A DNA stretch of 64,000 bases from contig JANWIC010000007.1 of assembly GCA_025450075.1 (NCBI GenBank), positions 39,289 to 103,288 on the forward strand, written 5' to 3'. The position numbers were made by a program, and so were the translations under genes. The notes beneath the pieces were generated by a model, which saw only the letters and a program-made list of their open reading frames with translations, made no database searches and had not been told where the DNA came from. The stretch comes from Patescibacteria group bacterium (lineage in GTDB: Bacteria; Patescibacteriota; Dojkabacteria; JAKAPS01). Below are positions 9,791 through 19,247 of this stretch, piece by piece (position 1 is the first letter of the stretch; every line of letters starts with the position of its first letter).

Positions 9791-10675
9791 TTACATTTGG
9801 CTCATATATATTGTGTTCCCGTTTGACATATATTTTGCAACAATCGAATTAAACAGGTTCTTGTTTGGTTGGGAGAATTCTTTTCCTTGGTTATTTGTAC
9901 TTGGCTCTACAAGTTTGTTATACCCATTCGTATCTAACATGTTAGCTGATTGATTAATTGATTGTACCCATTGAGAATATTCCTTATTCGATGTCGCTTT
10001 CACTGTAAAATTCATTCCTGAAAATCCTTCACCACTCATTTCAGCTGCACCACCAGGATAGTCTCCGGGTTTATTTGCCATGAGATGTATCTGAGTAACC
10101 ATTCCTGTCATTGCATAAATTTGACCTCCAAGGCTTGGGATCCAGAATGAATTCATCGGTGCATTATCTGCCGTAAGTTGGAAATCTATTGGAGTATTTG
10201 CAGGTATTTCTAAATAGTTAACTGTTGCTATATTTTCCTGGGGATATATGAAAAGCCATTTCCAACGAAGAGCAACAACCTCAATCTCAATAGGTTTTGA
10301 TTGAGCAATAATTGGGTTATATGGGTCATATGCATGTGCAGATTGCCAACCGATGATTGCCCACACAAAGATAATACATGCAGGAATACTCCACCATGCT
10401 GTTGTAAGCTTTTTACCTGCACTCCATTCAGGAGTATAGGCTTGGTTATTTCCTTCCTGATATCGAAATACAATAAATAATGTGAATAATATTAACGGGA
10501 TACCGATACAAAAAGCTAAAACAAGAGCCATGACAAGAAGTGTGCTTTGACCTTGTGCGACATATCCTTGAGGGTTAAGTAACTGGAGATTCCCGTTACG
10601 GGCAAGTATAACAAAAAGAGTTGCAATTGAAAGTGCATCAATAAGGAAGATAACGGTTTTTGCTTTATGTTTCAT
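9791..10675 (-). CDS. cyoA: cytochrome bo3 ubiquinol oxidase subunit II
   Basis: LLNPQG, WKWLFIYP and MNSFWIPSLGGQIYAMTGM. No CuA ligands, as expected for a quinol oxidase. Confidence 0.95.
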   Translation of the reverse strand: MKHKAKTVIFLIDALSIATLFVILARNGNLQLLNPQGYVAQGQSTLLVMALVLAFCIGIPLILFTLFIVFRYQEGNNQAYTPEWSAGKKLTTAWWSIPACIIFVWAIIGWQSAHAYDPYNPIIAQSKPIEIEVVALRWKWLFIYPQENIATVNYLEIPANTPIDFQLTADNAPMNSFWIPSLGGQIYAMTGMVTQIHLMANKPGDYPGGAAEMSGEGFSGMNFTVKATSNKEYSQWVQSINQSANMLDTNGYNKLVEPSTNNQGKEFSQPNKNLFNSIVAKYMSNGNTIYMSQM

Positions 10676-10716
10676 ATGGGCAGGATGTCTGTTTTACTCA
10701 TCTTTCTTTCACATTC

Positions 10717-10745
10717 AGCATATCCTTTTATCCTTTTCCCGTCAA
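10717..10745 (-). promoter_or_regulatory. sigma70-type promoter of cyoABCD
   Basis: TTGACG-17 bp-TATGCT on the minus strand. Confidence 0.7.
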
Positions 10746-10857
10746 GATCAATAGATAAAGACACAGGACCAAAGTCCCTCTGGCATTTCACTTCGGTTTT
10801 ACATGTTGAAGCGTGCTAATATAGAATGGTACTATTTACTGGATCAAGAATTCATCA

Positions 10858-11508
10858 ATGAATACAGATAAACAATATGATGCTATTTTAGTTCATGTAT
10901 ATTGGCTTTCAAACATAGATGGGGATGTGAAGTTAAGTACAAGAAGCAATCTCGTTGCAGCTTCTGCGGCAAGCCTTTATCTTCAAGGCAAAGTAAAAAA
11001 TATCGTTATAACGGGTGGTAAGATTTGGGGAAAAGAATACCCGTCTGTTGCTCGATTAATGGCAAATGAATTAACAAATACATTCACTATACCTCAAGAG
11101 CATATCTTTATCAAAGACATAGCTCTTAATACAAGTCAGGAAATTGATGAATTTTTAAAGATTGCAGAAAAAATGAATTGGCAATCATTACTTGATCTGG
11201 CATCAAAGAAACACTTCTGGACTATATCTAAACTATATATGAATAAAGGAGTGAAAGATAAAGTGGAATTTGTAAATATGGAAGATGTATTACTGAAAGG
11301 GAATAATGATGAATTAATAAAAAGAGTCAAAAAATTAATGTATTCCAAGTATGAATTCAATTATATCTTGTATGAACTAGTAATTCGTCTTGTTCTTTTC
11401 ATCGACCCTCAATATACATTACTTGGTAAGATAGCGGGCAAAGAGAGAATCAAAAAGACATTTGCCGGATTATTGCCGTTTCTTCCTATGGATGAATATC
11501 AGTTATAG
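10858..11508 (+). CDS. YdcF/ElyC/SanA (DUF218) family protein
   Basis: YDAILV, IVITGG, ARLM, ALNTSQE and SKKH match the DUF218 pattern. Confidence 0.75.
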   Translation: MNTDKQYDAILVHVYWLSNIDGDVKLSTRSNLVAASAASLYLQGKVKNIVITGGKIWGKEYPSVARLMANELTNTFTIPQEHIFIKDIALNTSQEIDEFLKIAEKMNWQSLLDLASKKHFWTISKLYMNKGVKDKVEFVNMEDVLLKGNNDELIKRVKKLMYSKYEFNYILYELVIRLVLFIDPQYTLLGKIAGKERIKKTFAGLLPFLPMDEYQL

Positions 11509-11649
11509 AAGGCCAAAAATATAGGTATTTTCAATTATAAAAAGGAAAAATGTGTATGCAATACAGCATGTAAAATAATTGAACATTAATACTCTAATAT
11601 ATTGATATAATTAGGAAGAATGATATAATCAAAGCATTCTCACTATACT

Positions 11650-12738
11650 ATGGAACAACAACCAACTAATATATCACCTTTAATTGCGGCAGAAGCACTA
11701 CTTCCCACAAATGAAGAGAGGCTTCCTTTAGGAGAATATAGTCGCTTTGTTCGTAATGAATTAGCTGAAAAAGTCGCTGAGATGGATGCTTCTAACCAAT
11801 ATGAACAAAATGAGATGTTAAAAGCCTTACAAGTGTATACAGAAAGTTTATTACAAAATATTTCGGAAGATGAAATTAGGCAATTATTGGCAAAAGAAAA
11901 CATTCGGAACAGAAGAATAGCTCTTCTTGATCTCTATCTTTTGCAGCAAGTTATTGATAGGTATGAATATCATCAAAGCAAGGTAAATGATGAAAAACCT
12001 GCTTCTAATTTAGAAAAAATATTAAAGCGTCTTGCAAATAGGGAAGGATTTGATCCGCAAAAAATGCCATGGTCTTTAACCGGAAAAGATTATCCAATAG
12101 AGGATCCCCGATTTATGTTTATTGATGAGAGTGTTAGACAAAGTGAATGGGTATTACTTGTCATGCAATATTTATTAGAAAATAGATTTTCATCAGCTGC
12201 TAATGATTTGGTAGTAATTGCCGGTGACATCCGTAGAGGCGTTTCGCAAGATATGGTAACACAACAGTTACAAAAAGTCCTCGAAACATTGGCACCTATT
12301 CAGGACTTAATGAAGTTATATCAGCTTATCCCAGTTCCAAATTTTGATAAATTCCTAACCCGATATTATCCTTCAGGTGCATTTGCAGTAGATATTTATG
12401 TCGTCGAAGCACTTACGGGAAATGCACAAACAGCTAAATCTGCAAGAGTAAAGATGATAAAGTTATTACAAGATCTTAGAGGAGAAATCGATCCTGATAT
12501 GATCAGAAACATGGAATATGCATTAGCAATTGGTATGCCAATTGCTTCAATGGAGGAAGCAAACAGGTATCCAGGTTCAATAGATTTACTTGCTGCTTGT
12601 GCAAAAAGGGTAAACCTCTTTCTTGCATCTCATCTAGCAGCGGCTAAACATCATACACATGGAGGCGATGAAGAATTAAAAACGAGACCCTCCTTTGATC
12701 CCAATAATAATGCATGGAATTCCATGCGCCCTCTATAG
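11650..12738 (+). CDS. hypothetical helical protein (362 aa)
   Basis: Long intact ORF preceded by an extended -10 (TGATATAAT). Confidence 0.7.
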   Translation: MEQQPTNISPLIAAEALLPTNEERLPLGEYSRFVRNELAEKVAEMDASNQYEQNEMLKALQVYTESLLQNISEDEIRQLLAKENIRNRRIALLDLYLLQQVIDRYEYHQSKVNDEKPASNLEKILKRLANREGFDPQKMPWSLTGKDYPIEDPRFMFIDESVRQSEWVLLVMQYLLENRFSSAANDLVVIAGDIRRGVSQDMVTQQLQKVLETLAPIQDLMKLYQLIPVPNFDKFLTRYYPSGAFAVDIYVVEALTGNAQTAKSARVKMIKLLQDLRGEIDPDMIRNMEYALAIGMPIASMEEANRYPGSIDLLAACAKRVNLFLASHLAAAKHHTHGGDEELKTRPSFDPNNNAWNSMRPL

Positions 12739-12947
12739 GAAAAACGAAGAATATTATAACGGATAATTTCTATTCTATGGATGTTATTAAATGAATAATC
12801 TACTCTAGCGTGCTATTATGCTTGATGTATGGTATAATACATCTAGTGCAGACCCTTTACCATTTTGTTTTTTCCAGGAATTACATATGTAGAGAGATTA
12901 TTTATATATTTTGTTCCCTGCATGAACAAAAAGTGAAAGGAGCCAAA

Positions 12948-13235
12948 ATGGCAACAAAATTATTTATCGGAAGTCTTCCGTATAGTGTTACTTCCAGTGA
13001 TCTGGAAAATCTTTTTTCCCAGGTTGGGAAAGTTATTTCATCAGCTGTTATTCAGGATAGAATGACAAATAGAAGCAAAGGTTTTGCTTTTGTTGAGATG
13101 GAATCTGACGCTGAAGCTCAGGAAGCTATCAGACGATTCAATGGATATGACCTACAGGGTCGTGAAATTATCGTTAATGTAGCGAAACCAAGAGAAGAAT
13201 CTGACAATAGAGGTTTTTATAACTCAAGAGGATAA
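12948..13235 (+). CDS. RRM (RNP-1) RNA-binding protein
   Basis: RNP2 KLFIGSL and RNP1 KGFAFVEM. Start is ATG 12948 after AAGGAG. Confidence 0.95.
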   Translation: MATKLFIGSLPYSVTSSDLENLFSQVGKVISSAVIQDRMTNRSKGFAFVEMESDAEAQEAIRRFNGYDLQGREIIVNVAKPREESDNRGFYNSRG

Positions 13236-13256
13236 GAATAATACTTGGTCACATAT

Positions 13257-13303
13257 GATCTAGGTAGACTTAGTATTAAGGATGCCTAGATCTTTATTTT
13301 TTA
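13257..13303 (+). terminator. intrinsic terminator-like hairpin
   Basis: GATCTAGGTA...TGCCTAGATC stem with inner CTTA/TAAG pairs, followed by TTTATTTTTT. Confidence 0.65.
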
Positions 13304-13317
13304 TTGGAGGAATAGAT

Positions 13318-13602
13318 ATGAGTAATGTATGTATGAGATGCGGAAAAGAAAGAATTGTCATTGAAGAATGGATAGAACTTGTTGAAACTGAAAGAAGGAC
13401 AAACCAAATCCGTCATATGAAAACGACCTGTCCTGATCCTGAATGCCAGAAAATGGTTGATGAGAGTCTTGCAAAAGAAAAGGTAAAAAATGAGGAAAGA
13501 AAAGCAGAAAAAATTGAGAATGATAGGGTATTAAAAGAAGAAAGACAGAAGAGAATAGAGCAGGCTTTATTGAAACCAATAAAAGTAAAAGGTAGGAAGT
13601 AA
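13318..13602 (+). CDS. small Zn-ribbon/coiled-coil hypothetical protein
   Basis: CMRCGKER...CPDPEC followed by a charged helix. GGAGG RBS before ATG 13318. Confidence 0.8.
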   Translation: MSNVCMRCGKERIVIEEWIELVETERRTNQIRHMKTTCPDPECQKMVDESLAKEKVKNEERKAEKIENDRVLKEERQKRIEQALLKPIKVKGRK

Positions 13603-13608
13603 AAGAAT

Positions 13609-14610
13609 TTAAATTGAGAATACGAATTCTTTAAACAATTTCTCTAATTTTTCAACATTTTCGTTATACTGGCTTGATACAACAATTATATTCGTATTAT
13701 ATGCTTTTAATTTATCAGCTTTTTTCTCAATTGTTTCTTTATCGAATAGATCTGATTTCGTAAGGACTATTAATTCAGGTTTGTTACACAAACCTGTGCT
13801 AAACGCTTCAAGTTCTTTCCTGATTGTCAGGTAATCTTTTTCAACATCTTCAGATTCAAGGCTTATAAAATGGGCTACAAGTTTTGAATAGAAAGTATGT
13901 TTACTAAATCCCTTTCCTAAACCTTTTCCTTCTGCAACTCCTTCTATAAGTCCAGGAAGATCCATGAGCTTAATATGTGGATCCATTACCCCAATTTGGG
14001 GTACAATGGTAGTAAACGGATAGGAAGCAGTCTTCACATGTGCATTTGTTAGAGCGTTTAACATACTTGATTTTCCTGCATTAGGAAGACCAATAAACAC
14101 AATATCTGCTGCTAATTGGAGTTGAATAAAAACCTTCAATCTCTTCGGAATTCCTCCTTTTGTATGTTTCATCAATGTACTGACTTGACCTTGCCTAAAA
14201 GCAAAGTTTCCAATGCCCCCCTCTCCTCCTTTTGCAAGAAGTTTCTTTTCACCGTCTTTTTCAATTCGTAATATCTGTTTTCCGTTTGTATCCGCAATAA
14301 CGGTTACTAATGGCACTTTTATAATAAGTGGTCTTCCTGATTTTCCTTGTTTATTGGATGGCATGCCAATTACTCCATCCTCAGCCTTGTATTCCTGCTT
14401 ATTGGTAAAATCAGATAAGTCATAGATATTTGATGATCCTTCCAAAATAATATCTCCACCACGTCCGCCATTTCCGCCGTCAGGCTTACCTTTTGTAGGG
14501 TAATATATTTTGTTATTCTTTCCTAAAGACCTTCCGTATTTGGCAAAACTGACAAGACCATCCCCACCTTTTCCGGGGATAAAATCAATTCGTAATGTAT
14601 CTACCAGCAT
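13609..14610 (-). CDS. obg: Obg family GTPase (short form)
   Basis: Gly-rich Obg domain (GKGGDG, DGGNGGRGG), GLPNAGKSS, YPFTT, DLPGLIEG and TKSD. Confidence 0.95.
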   Translation of the reverse strand: MLVDTLRIDFIPGKGGDGLVSFAKYGRSLGKNNKIYYPTKGKPDGGNGGRGGDIILEGSSNIYDLSDFTNKQEYKAEDGVIGMPSNKQGKSGRPLIIKVPLVTVIADTNGKQILRIEKDGEKKLLAKGGEGGIGNFAFRQGQVSTLMKHTKGGIPKRLKVFIQLQLAADIVFIGLPNAGKSSMLNALTNAHVKTASYPFTTIVPQIGVMDPHIKLMDLPGLIEGVAEGKGLGKGFSKHTFYSKLVAHFISLESEDVEKDYLTIRKELEAFSTGLCNKPELIVLTKSDLFDKETIEKKADKLKAYNTNIIVVSSQYNENVEKLEKLFKEFVFSI

Positions 14611-14737
14611 ATTTAATCTTTAATGGATTGATTTTACCATAAATAAAGAAATATCCCTATTTATTTGTACTCCGTTAGATTCATATATTTTTCTTTCAAA
14701 ATATTATATAATTCCCTTCAATATTTAAAAATCATTT

Positions 14738-15973
14738 ATGGGCTATGAAAATGGAGTTACTCAATCATATTCACCAACAGGTTTACCACTTATCACTGAA
14801 GGATTTGCTCTAGAATTATTAAGTAGTGAAATTGATTTTGACCACTTTTATACGGTTGTTCAATCTATCCTTGACGAGAATCCATATCTTGCATTGGTTA
14901 TTCATAACATAGTTTCCTTATTAAGATCGGAAGTCCCGAATACAATTGAAGGGTTACATCTTCCTGAAAAATTAAACAAAGAAGATTTAATTGGAGAAGT
15001 TAAACTAACGGGAGTCTATCAGGTATTAGAGGTAAGAAATACAATTTTAGAACATACATCGTTAGTATTATTATTTATACTTCATGAGCAATCTTTATAT
15101 CATTTGCAAAATTCAATTAGTTATCGAGATCAAGGAAAAGGTAGATTAACATCAAGTGGATTACCTTTTTTATCTGCTATTACATATGAACAAGTTATCA
15201 ATTTTGTAAATAATAAAATTAAAGAAGGTAATGGTCAATTACTTGGGTATCAAAATGCGCATCCTCCTGAAGATCATTTATATCATTTAATCGATGGAAT
15301 AGCTGAGGTATATGGAGATGTACTCGCACCTGATATAAAAATAGTTTTATATTACATTATTGCTATTTTAGAAACTCAGCATAATATAGATGCAGAATTA
15401 CCCGATTATATGAAAAACGGATTACCTGTTTTACATGCTGAAGATGTCGATTTGTATCATAAAAGTAGAACAAGGAGACTCCTTCCAAATAATTATTTTT
15501 TCTTGAGGACTAATATAAAAAACGATTTAAATCGTTGGAATTTCTTCAAAATTACTAATCCTGATGTTACAATAAAGTATATCCTTACCTTATTGGGAGG
15601 AGTTTGTACTAAAAATGAAGCAAATAAGATTTTTGATAGATGTATGCATCATTTAGGAGATTTATTAACATTTTTGTATGGTAGGGATTTAATTAGAAAT
15701 AATCATTCAAATGGTACTCGTCCTCATTCTAATGCTTTATTTGGTCCGCCATATATTACAGATAAGGTACTAAATGAGGCAATGAGAAGATATCCGGGTA
15801 AATTATGGCCTGAGTTTATGAATGAAGTACAAGAACGATTATTGAGAGATAATCCATATTTAGTTGAGTTGATGTATGCAATTGTTGAAGATTATCAGGA
15901 TGAAGAATTAAAAAAACTTGTATTACAAATGATGATGGGTTTTATAGCATTAAATGAATATAAAGGAAGATAA
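14738..15973 (+). CDS. hypothetical protein with degenerate internal repeats
   Basis: 411-aa ORF with recurring G[LP]P-h-h motifs and two [ED]NPYL motifs. Confidence 0.7.
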   Translation: MGYENGVTQSYSPTGLPLITEGFALELLSSEIDFDHFYTVVQSILDENPYLALVIHNIVSLLRSEVPNTIEGLHLPEKLNKEDLIGEVKLTGVYQVLEVRNTILEHTSLVLLFILHEQSLYHLQNSISYRDQGKGRLTSSGLPFLSAITYEQVINFVNNKIKEGNGQLLGYQNAHPPEDHLYHLIDGIAEVYGDVLAPDIKIVLYYIIAILETQHNIDAELPDYMKNGLPVLHAEDVDLYHKSRTRRLLPNNYFFLRTNIKNDLNRWNFFKITNPDVTIKYILTLLGGVCTKNEANKIFDRCMHHLGDLLTFLYGRDLIRNNHSNGTRPHSNALFGPPYITDKVLNEAMRRYPGKLWPEFMNEVQERLLRDNPYLVELMYAIVEDYQDEELKKLVLQMMMGFIALNEYKGR

Positions 15974-15990
15974 TCAGTAGTTCATTTTAT

Positions 15991-17505
15991 CTAAAGTCCA
16001 GCGAAATAATCTTTTTTTATGTGTTTTTTCGGTATTCCCATTGTTAGAAGAAAATCCTGCGCACCGCTTACCATTGCTGTAGGACCAGAGATGTAATAAA
16101 TCCTATCCAAATAATCTGGAACTTCGGCTTGAATCATTTGTGAGTTAATCCTCCCTTTATTCCCCGGCCATCCTTGTGGAATAACTGATGTGTCAGTAAG
16201 CGTATAGATGGTTTTGATGCCAAGCTTCTGTTTTGCTTCTTTAAGCACATCAGTATAGGCAATTTCCTCAGCAGTTTTATTTGTATAAAATACAACAATA
16301 TCTCTTTTCTGGTTAGTATCAATAAGATATTTCAACATACTACGAAATGGAGTAATGCCGATACCACCAGCGATAAAGACTAATTTTTGATTTTTGTTTC
16401 TTGGCAAGGTAAAATCTCCTGAGATTTGTGAACCGACAATAACTGATCCTCTATCAAGTTGGCTCATCGCTTTTTTGTAACTGCTCCCGATACCATAAAA
16501 TTTAACTCCCAATCTGATATAATCTTCTGTTGGAGATGATGCTATGGTAAAAAATCTCCTGTTTCCTCTTGAATCATGGCCATCAGGTGGAAGTGTCCAT
16601 TCCATATACTGGCCGGGTTTGAATGAAACATTCTTATGAATATCCAAAAGAAAATCCATTCTATTCGGTGTTGTTTGGATTTTCTCTTTCACTATGGCAA
16701 AAATCTTATGTTTCGGACTAATGAGATATGAAAAAGCATTCCCTATAACAAGAGCAAGTTCCGGAGTTGTATAAAAACCCACAATATGAAATTCTGGCAC
16801 AAATAAGAACCCAACAAATGCTCCATAGAGAGATTGTAAAGTTTTTGTTGGAGGTGTTGTAAGTGGCTCCGTAAGCATGACAAATGCAAAGAAAAAGATC
16901 GAAGATGCAAAAATAGTATCATGTAAAGCTGAAAGGATATTTTGTCCGCTTAATAAGCTGAATACTATTAGACTTACAAAGGCACTTAAAAAAAAGTAGT
17001 ATACAAGGTCAAATCTTCTAATCCTTCTGACAATAAACACTCCAAGAAGGAGAAAAGGAAGCATTGATGCAGTCCCAATCCACCAGCTTGCAGACCCATT
17101 GAATGCATATGCTGTTAATACTACAGCAATTGCGACTGGATTAAAGATATGTTTTTTGTTAATCGCAAGAATAAATTTCGTTGCCATGGATAATATCCCT
17201 GCCCATATAAAAAGAGGGAAATCGGCAGCGCTTTTAATTGGTGTTAAAATCAGGGCTAAAATCAATGCGGTAATATATACTGATTCTGCATTCACCGGAA
17301 CCTGGAATACGTTTGCAAATATTACATTCGTAATAAGCGAAACACTCAAAAGGACAAGGACTGAGATACCAAGGGAAACAAGACTAAATGGCAGTATTCC
17401 CAAGATAGAATATATTCCCGCAATAATTAGAAGTAGGATGAGGAAATATAGTACCAAACGATACATGGTAATTGAGTTCAAAATTTCATCTATTTTTTTT
17501 AACAT
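15991..17505 (-). CDS. NqrB/RnfD-like membrane domain fused to an FAD/NAD(P)-binding (FNR-type) oxidoreductase
   Basis: KHIFNP and FFFAFVMLTEPLTTP (RnfD/NqrB-like). FKPGQY, RRFFTIASSP, FIAGGIGITPF and YISGP (FNR family). Confidence 0.9.
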   Translation of the reverse strand: MLKKIDEILNSITMYRLVLYFLILLLIIAGIYSILGILPFSLVSLGISVLVLLSVSLITNVIFANVFQVPVNAESVYITALILALILTPIKSAADFPLFIWAGILSMATKFILAINKKHIFNPVAIAVVLTAYAFNGSASWWIGTASMLPFLLLGVFIVRRIRRFDLVYYFFLSAFVSLIVFSLLSGQNILSALHDTIFASSIFFFAFVMLTEPLTTPPTKTLQSLYGAFVGFLFVPEFHIVGFYTTPELALVIGNAFSYLISPKHKIFAIVKEKIQTTPNRMDFLLDIHKNVSFKPGQYMEWTLPPDGHDSRGNRRFFTIASSPTEDYIRLGVKFYGIGSSYKKAMSQLDRGSVIVGSQISGDFTLPRNKNQKLVFIAGGIGITPFRSMLKYLIDTNQKRDIVVFYTNKTAEEIAYTDVLKEAKQKLGIKTIYTLTDTSVIPQGWPGNKGRINSQMIQAEVPDYLDRIYYISGPTAMVSGAQDFLLTMGIPKKHIKKDYFAGL

Positions 17506-17507
17506 AT

Positions 17508-18044
17508 TTATTGTGCTTTACTTAATGCATCTTGCAAGGATTGTATGAATGCCTGGCTGGAATCAGTTGCTCCAGAGACAATGTCGACATTTGCACTTTG
17601 AGCTTGAATAGCTTCTTGGGCTAAAATCGGATCGGCTTGTGAGTTTATATAAACTGATGTGGATCGGTCATTTGGCGCTTGCAAAAATGATATATTCGAA
17701 ATTTTTCCGTTTTTTACTGTTGTCTGGACTTGAATAATGCCATAAAATGCATCAGCTTGAGAACCTGTATACACACCATCTTTATACTTTCCAGAAGGAG
17801 TTGGAGTAGGTGTTGGAGTCGAAGTTGGTGTATCAGTTCCTGACTGTATCGATGTATCTGTTGGAGTTGGACTAGGAGATAGGCTTGGTGTTGTTGTCTG
17901 GGATGGAGAAGGTGATGGGACAATCTTTTGAGCGATTAATGCTGGTTGTCCAAGTCCGCTGTTTCTTGCAAAAACAGAGTAGATGAGAAACATTGTTATT
18001 ACACTTCCTGATAATAGTAGTTTTTTTCCCATAATATTATACAT
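17508..18044 (-). CDS. FMN-binding domain protein with S/T/P-rich linker
   Basis: N-terminal TM, PSPSP/TPTP linker, YKDGVYTG and the DIVSGAT flavinylation motif. Confidence 0.92.
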   Translation of the reverse strand: MYNIMGKKLLLSGSVITMFLIYSVFARNSGLGQPALIAQKIVPSPSPSQTTTPSLSPSPTPTDTSIQSGTDTPTSTPTPTPTPSGKYKDGVYTGSQADAFYGIIQVQTTVKNGKISNISFLQAPNDRSTSVYINSQADPILAQEAIQAQSANVDIVSGATDSSQAFIQSLQDALSKAQ

Positions 18045-18790
18045 TACAAATGTACAAATGATTGAAAATTGGAGGTATAGGTTGCTATCCCTTCCTTATC
18101 AACCATATATCCCTCATATCCTTCAAGATTTTCAATAAATATGATACCATCTTTTCCCATGGCAAATGCTGCAGTTGCAAACCTGTCTGCTTCATAAATA
18201 TTTGGACCAATAACACTTAAGCTGACTATATCAGTTATGTCACAATCTCTATCTTTTGGGTTGTATATATGGTTTCCTCTAAAATATGTGCCGGATGTTG
18301 CAATAGCAGTATCATGTAAAGTGATTTTTTTGATGATCTCATCCCTTTTAAAAGGATTCCTAATCCCGACTATCCATTCCTCATCGTTTTCATTTTTCCC
18401 TGACACTTGGATATCTCCTCCCGCTTCTATATAGAAGTTGTGGAATCCTTTGGAATGTAACTTTTTAGCTACTTCAAAAATTGCCCATCCTTTTACGAGT
18501 CCCGCTGGCTCTAAACTTCCATCTTTTCTATGTATATCAAAAAATCCATTAGTAGCAAGTCTGGTTTGTTCGCATAAAGTAAGAATATTACGCATTTCAC
18601 TGCTGTAATAGTCTTCTTTTTCTTCCCCTTTATTAATTTTGCTTATTTCACTATCTTCTTTGTAGGTGCTGAAGCGATTATCTATCTTATGGAAATATGA
18701 AAATATTTCATTGAAAATATTCTCATCAGTTTTACTATCAAGTATTTCAATTGTAATGGGAAGACCCATGATCCATTCTGTTTTTTTCAT
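18044..18790 (-). CDS. apbE: FAD:protein FMN transferase (ApbE family)
   Basis: IMG, FSTYKEDSEIS, GLVKGWA, EAGGD, ATSG, HIYNP and ADRFATA. Confidence 0.92.
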   Translation of the reverse strand: MKKTEWIMGLPITIEILDSKTDENIFNEIFSYFHKIDNRFSTYKEDSEISKINKGEEKEDYYSSEMRNILTLCEQTRLATNGFFDIHRKDGSLEPAGLVKGWAIFEVAKKLHSKGFHNFYIEAGGDIQVSGKNENDEEWIVGIRNPFKRDEIIKKITLHDTAIATSGTYFRGNHIYNPKDRDCDITDIVSLSVIGPNIYEADRFATAAFAMGKDGIIFIENLEGYEGYMVDKEGIATYTSNFQSFVHL

Positions 18791-19227
18791 TATTTTGCTT
18801 GTTGTAATGCAATTTGGAGTGATGCAGCAAATGCCTGGCTGGATGCTGTTGCTCCTGAAACTATATCAACATTCGGACTCTGAGCTTGAATTGCTTCCTG
18901 AGCAAGATTAGGATCAGCTATAGTATTAATGGCAACTGACCGAATAGCTTCATTTGGTGCTTGAAGGAAAGATACATTTGCTATTTTACCATTTTTGATT
19001 GTTGATTGTACTTGGATTATCCCATAAAAAGCATTCTCGGCAGAACCTGTATAGACTCCATCTTTATATGGTGGAGAAAGAGAACTGGTTCTGGCTGCCT
19101 GAGCATTTGAATTGTTCGAGAAGAAACTATGATTAGCTAACATGACTAAAAATATTCTTCCCTGATCTTGATACAGAACTGCTCCAAAACTTAAGAGTAT
19201 TGCAAGTATAGTAAGAATCTTTTTCAT
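18790..19227 (-). CDS. second FMN-binding domain protein
   Basis: N-terminal hydrophobic segment, YKDGVYTG and DIVSGAT. Close paralog of 17508..18044. Confidence 0.92.
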   Translation of the reverse strand: MKKILTILAILLSFGAVLYQDQGRIFLVMLANHSFFSNNSNAQAARTSSLSPPYKDGVYTGSAENAFYGIIQVQSTIKNGKIANVSFLQAPNEAIRSVAINTIADPNLAQEAIQAQSPNVDIVSGATASSQAFAASLQIALQQAK

Positions 19228-19247
19228 AAACTTTTCTCATACAACTC

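Noticed and set aside
10676-10857. FNR or Crp box upstream of cyoA
   Set aside because: Only isolated half-sites are present, with no TTGAT-N4-ATCAA or GTGA-N6-TCAC.
17800-17920. Repetitive GGAGTTGG/GGTGTTGG DNA (also near 58930-59100)
   Set aside because: Explained by Pro/Thr/Ser linker codons on the minus strand, not a DNA repeat element.
19069-19077. TGGTGGAGA matching the tmRNA 3' end as a possible att site
   Set aside because: Only 9 bp and inside an intact CDS, so compatible with chance.
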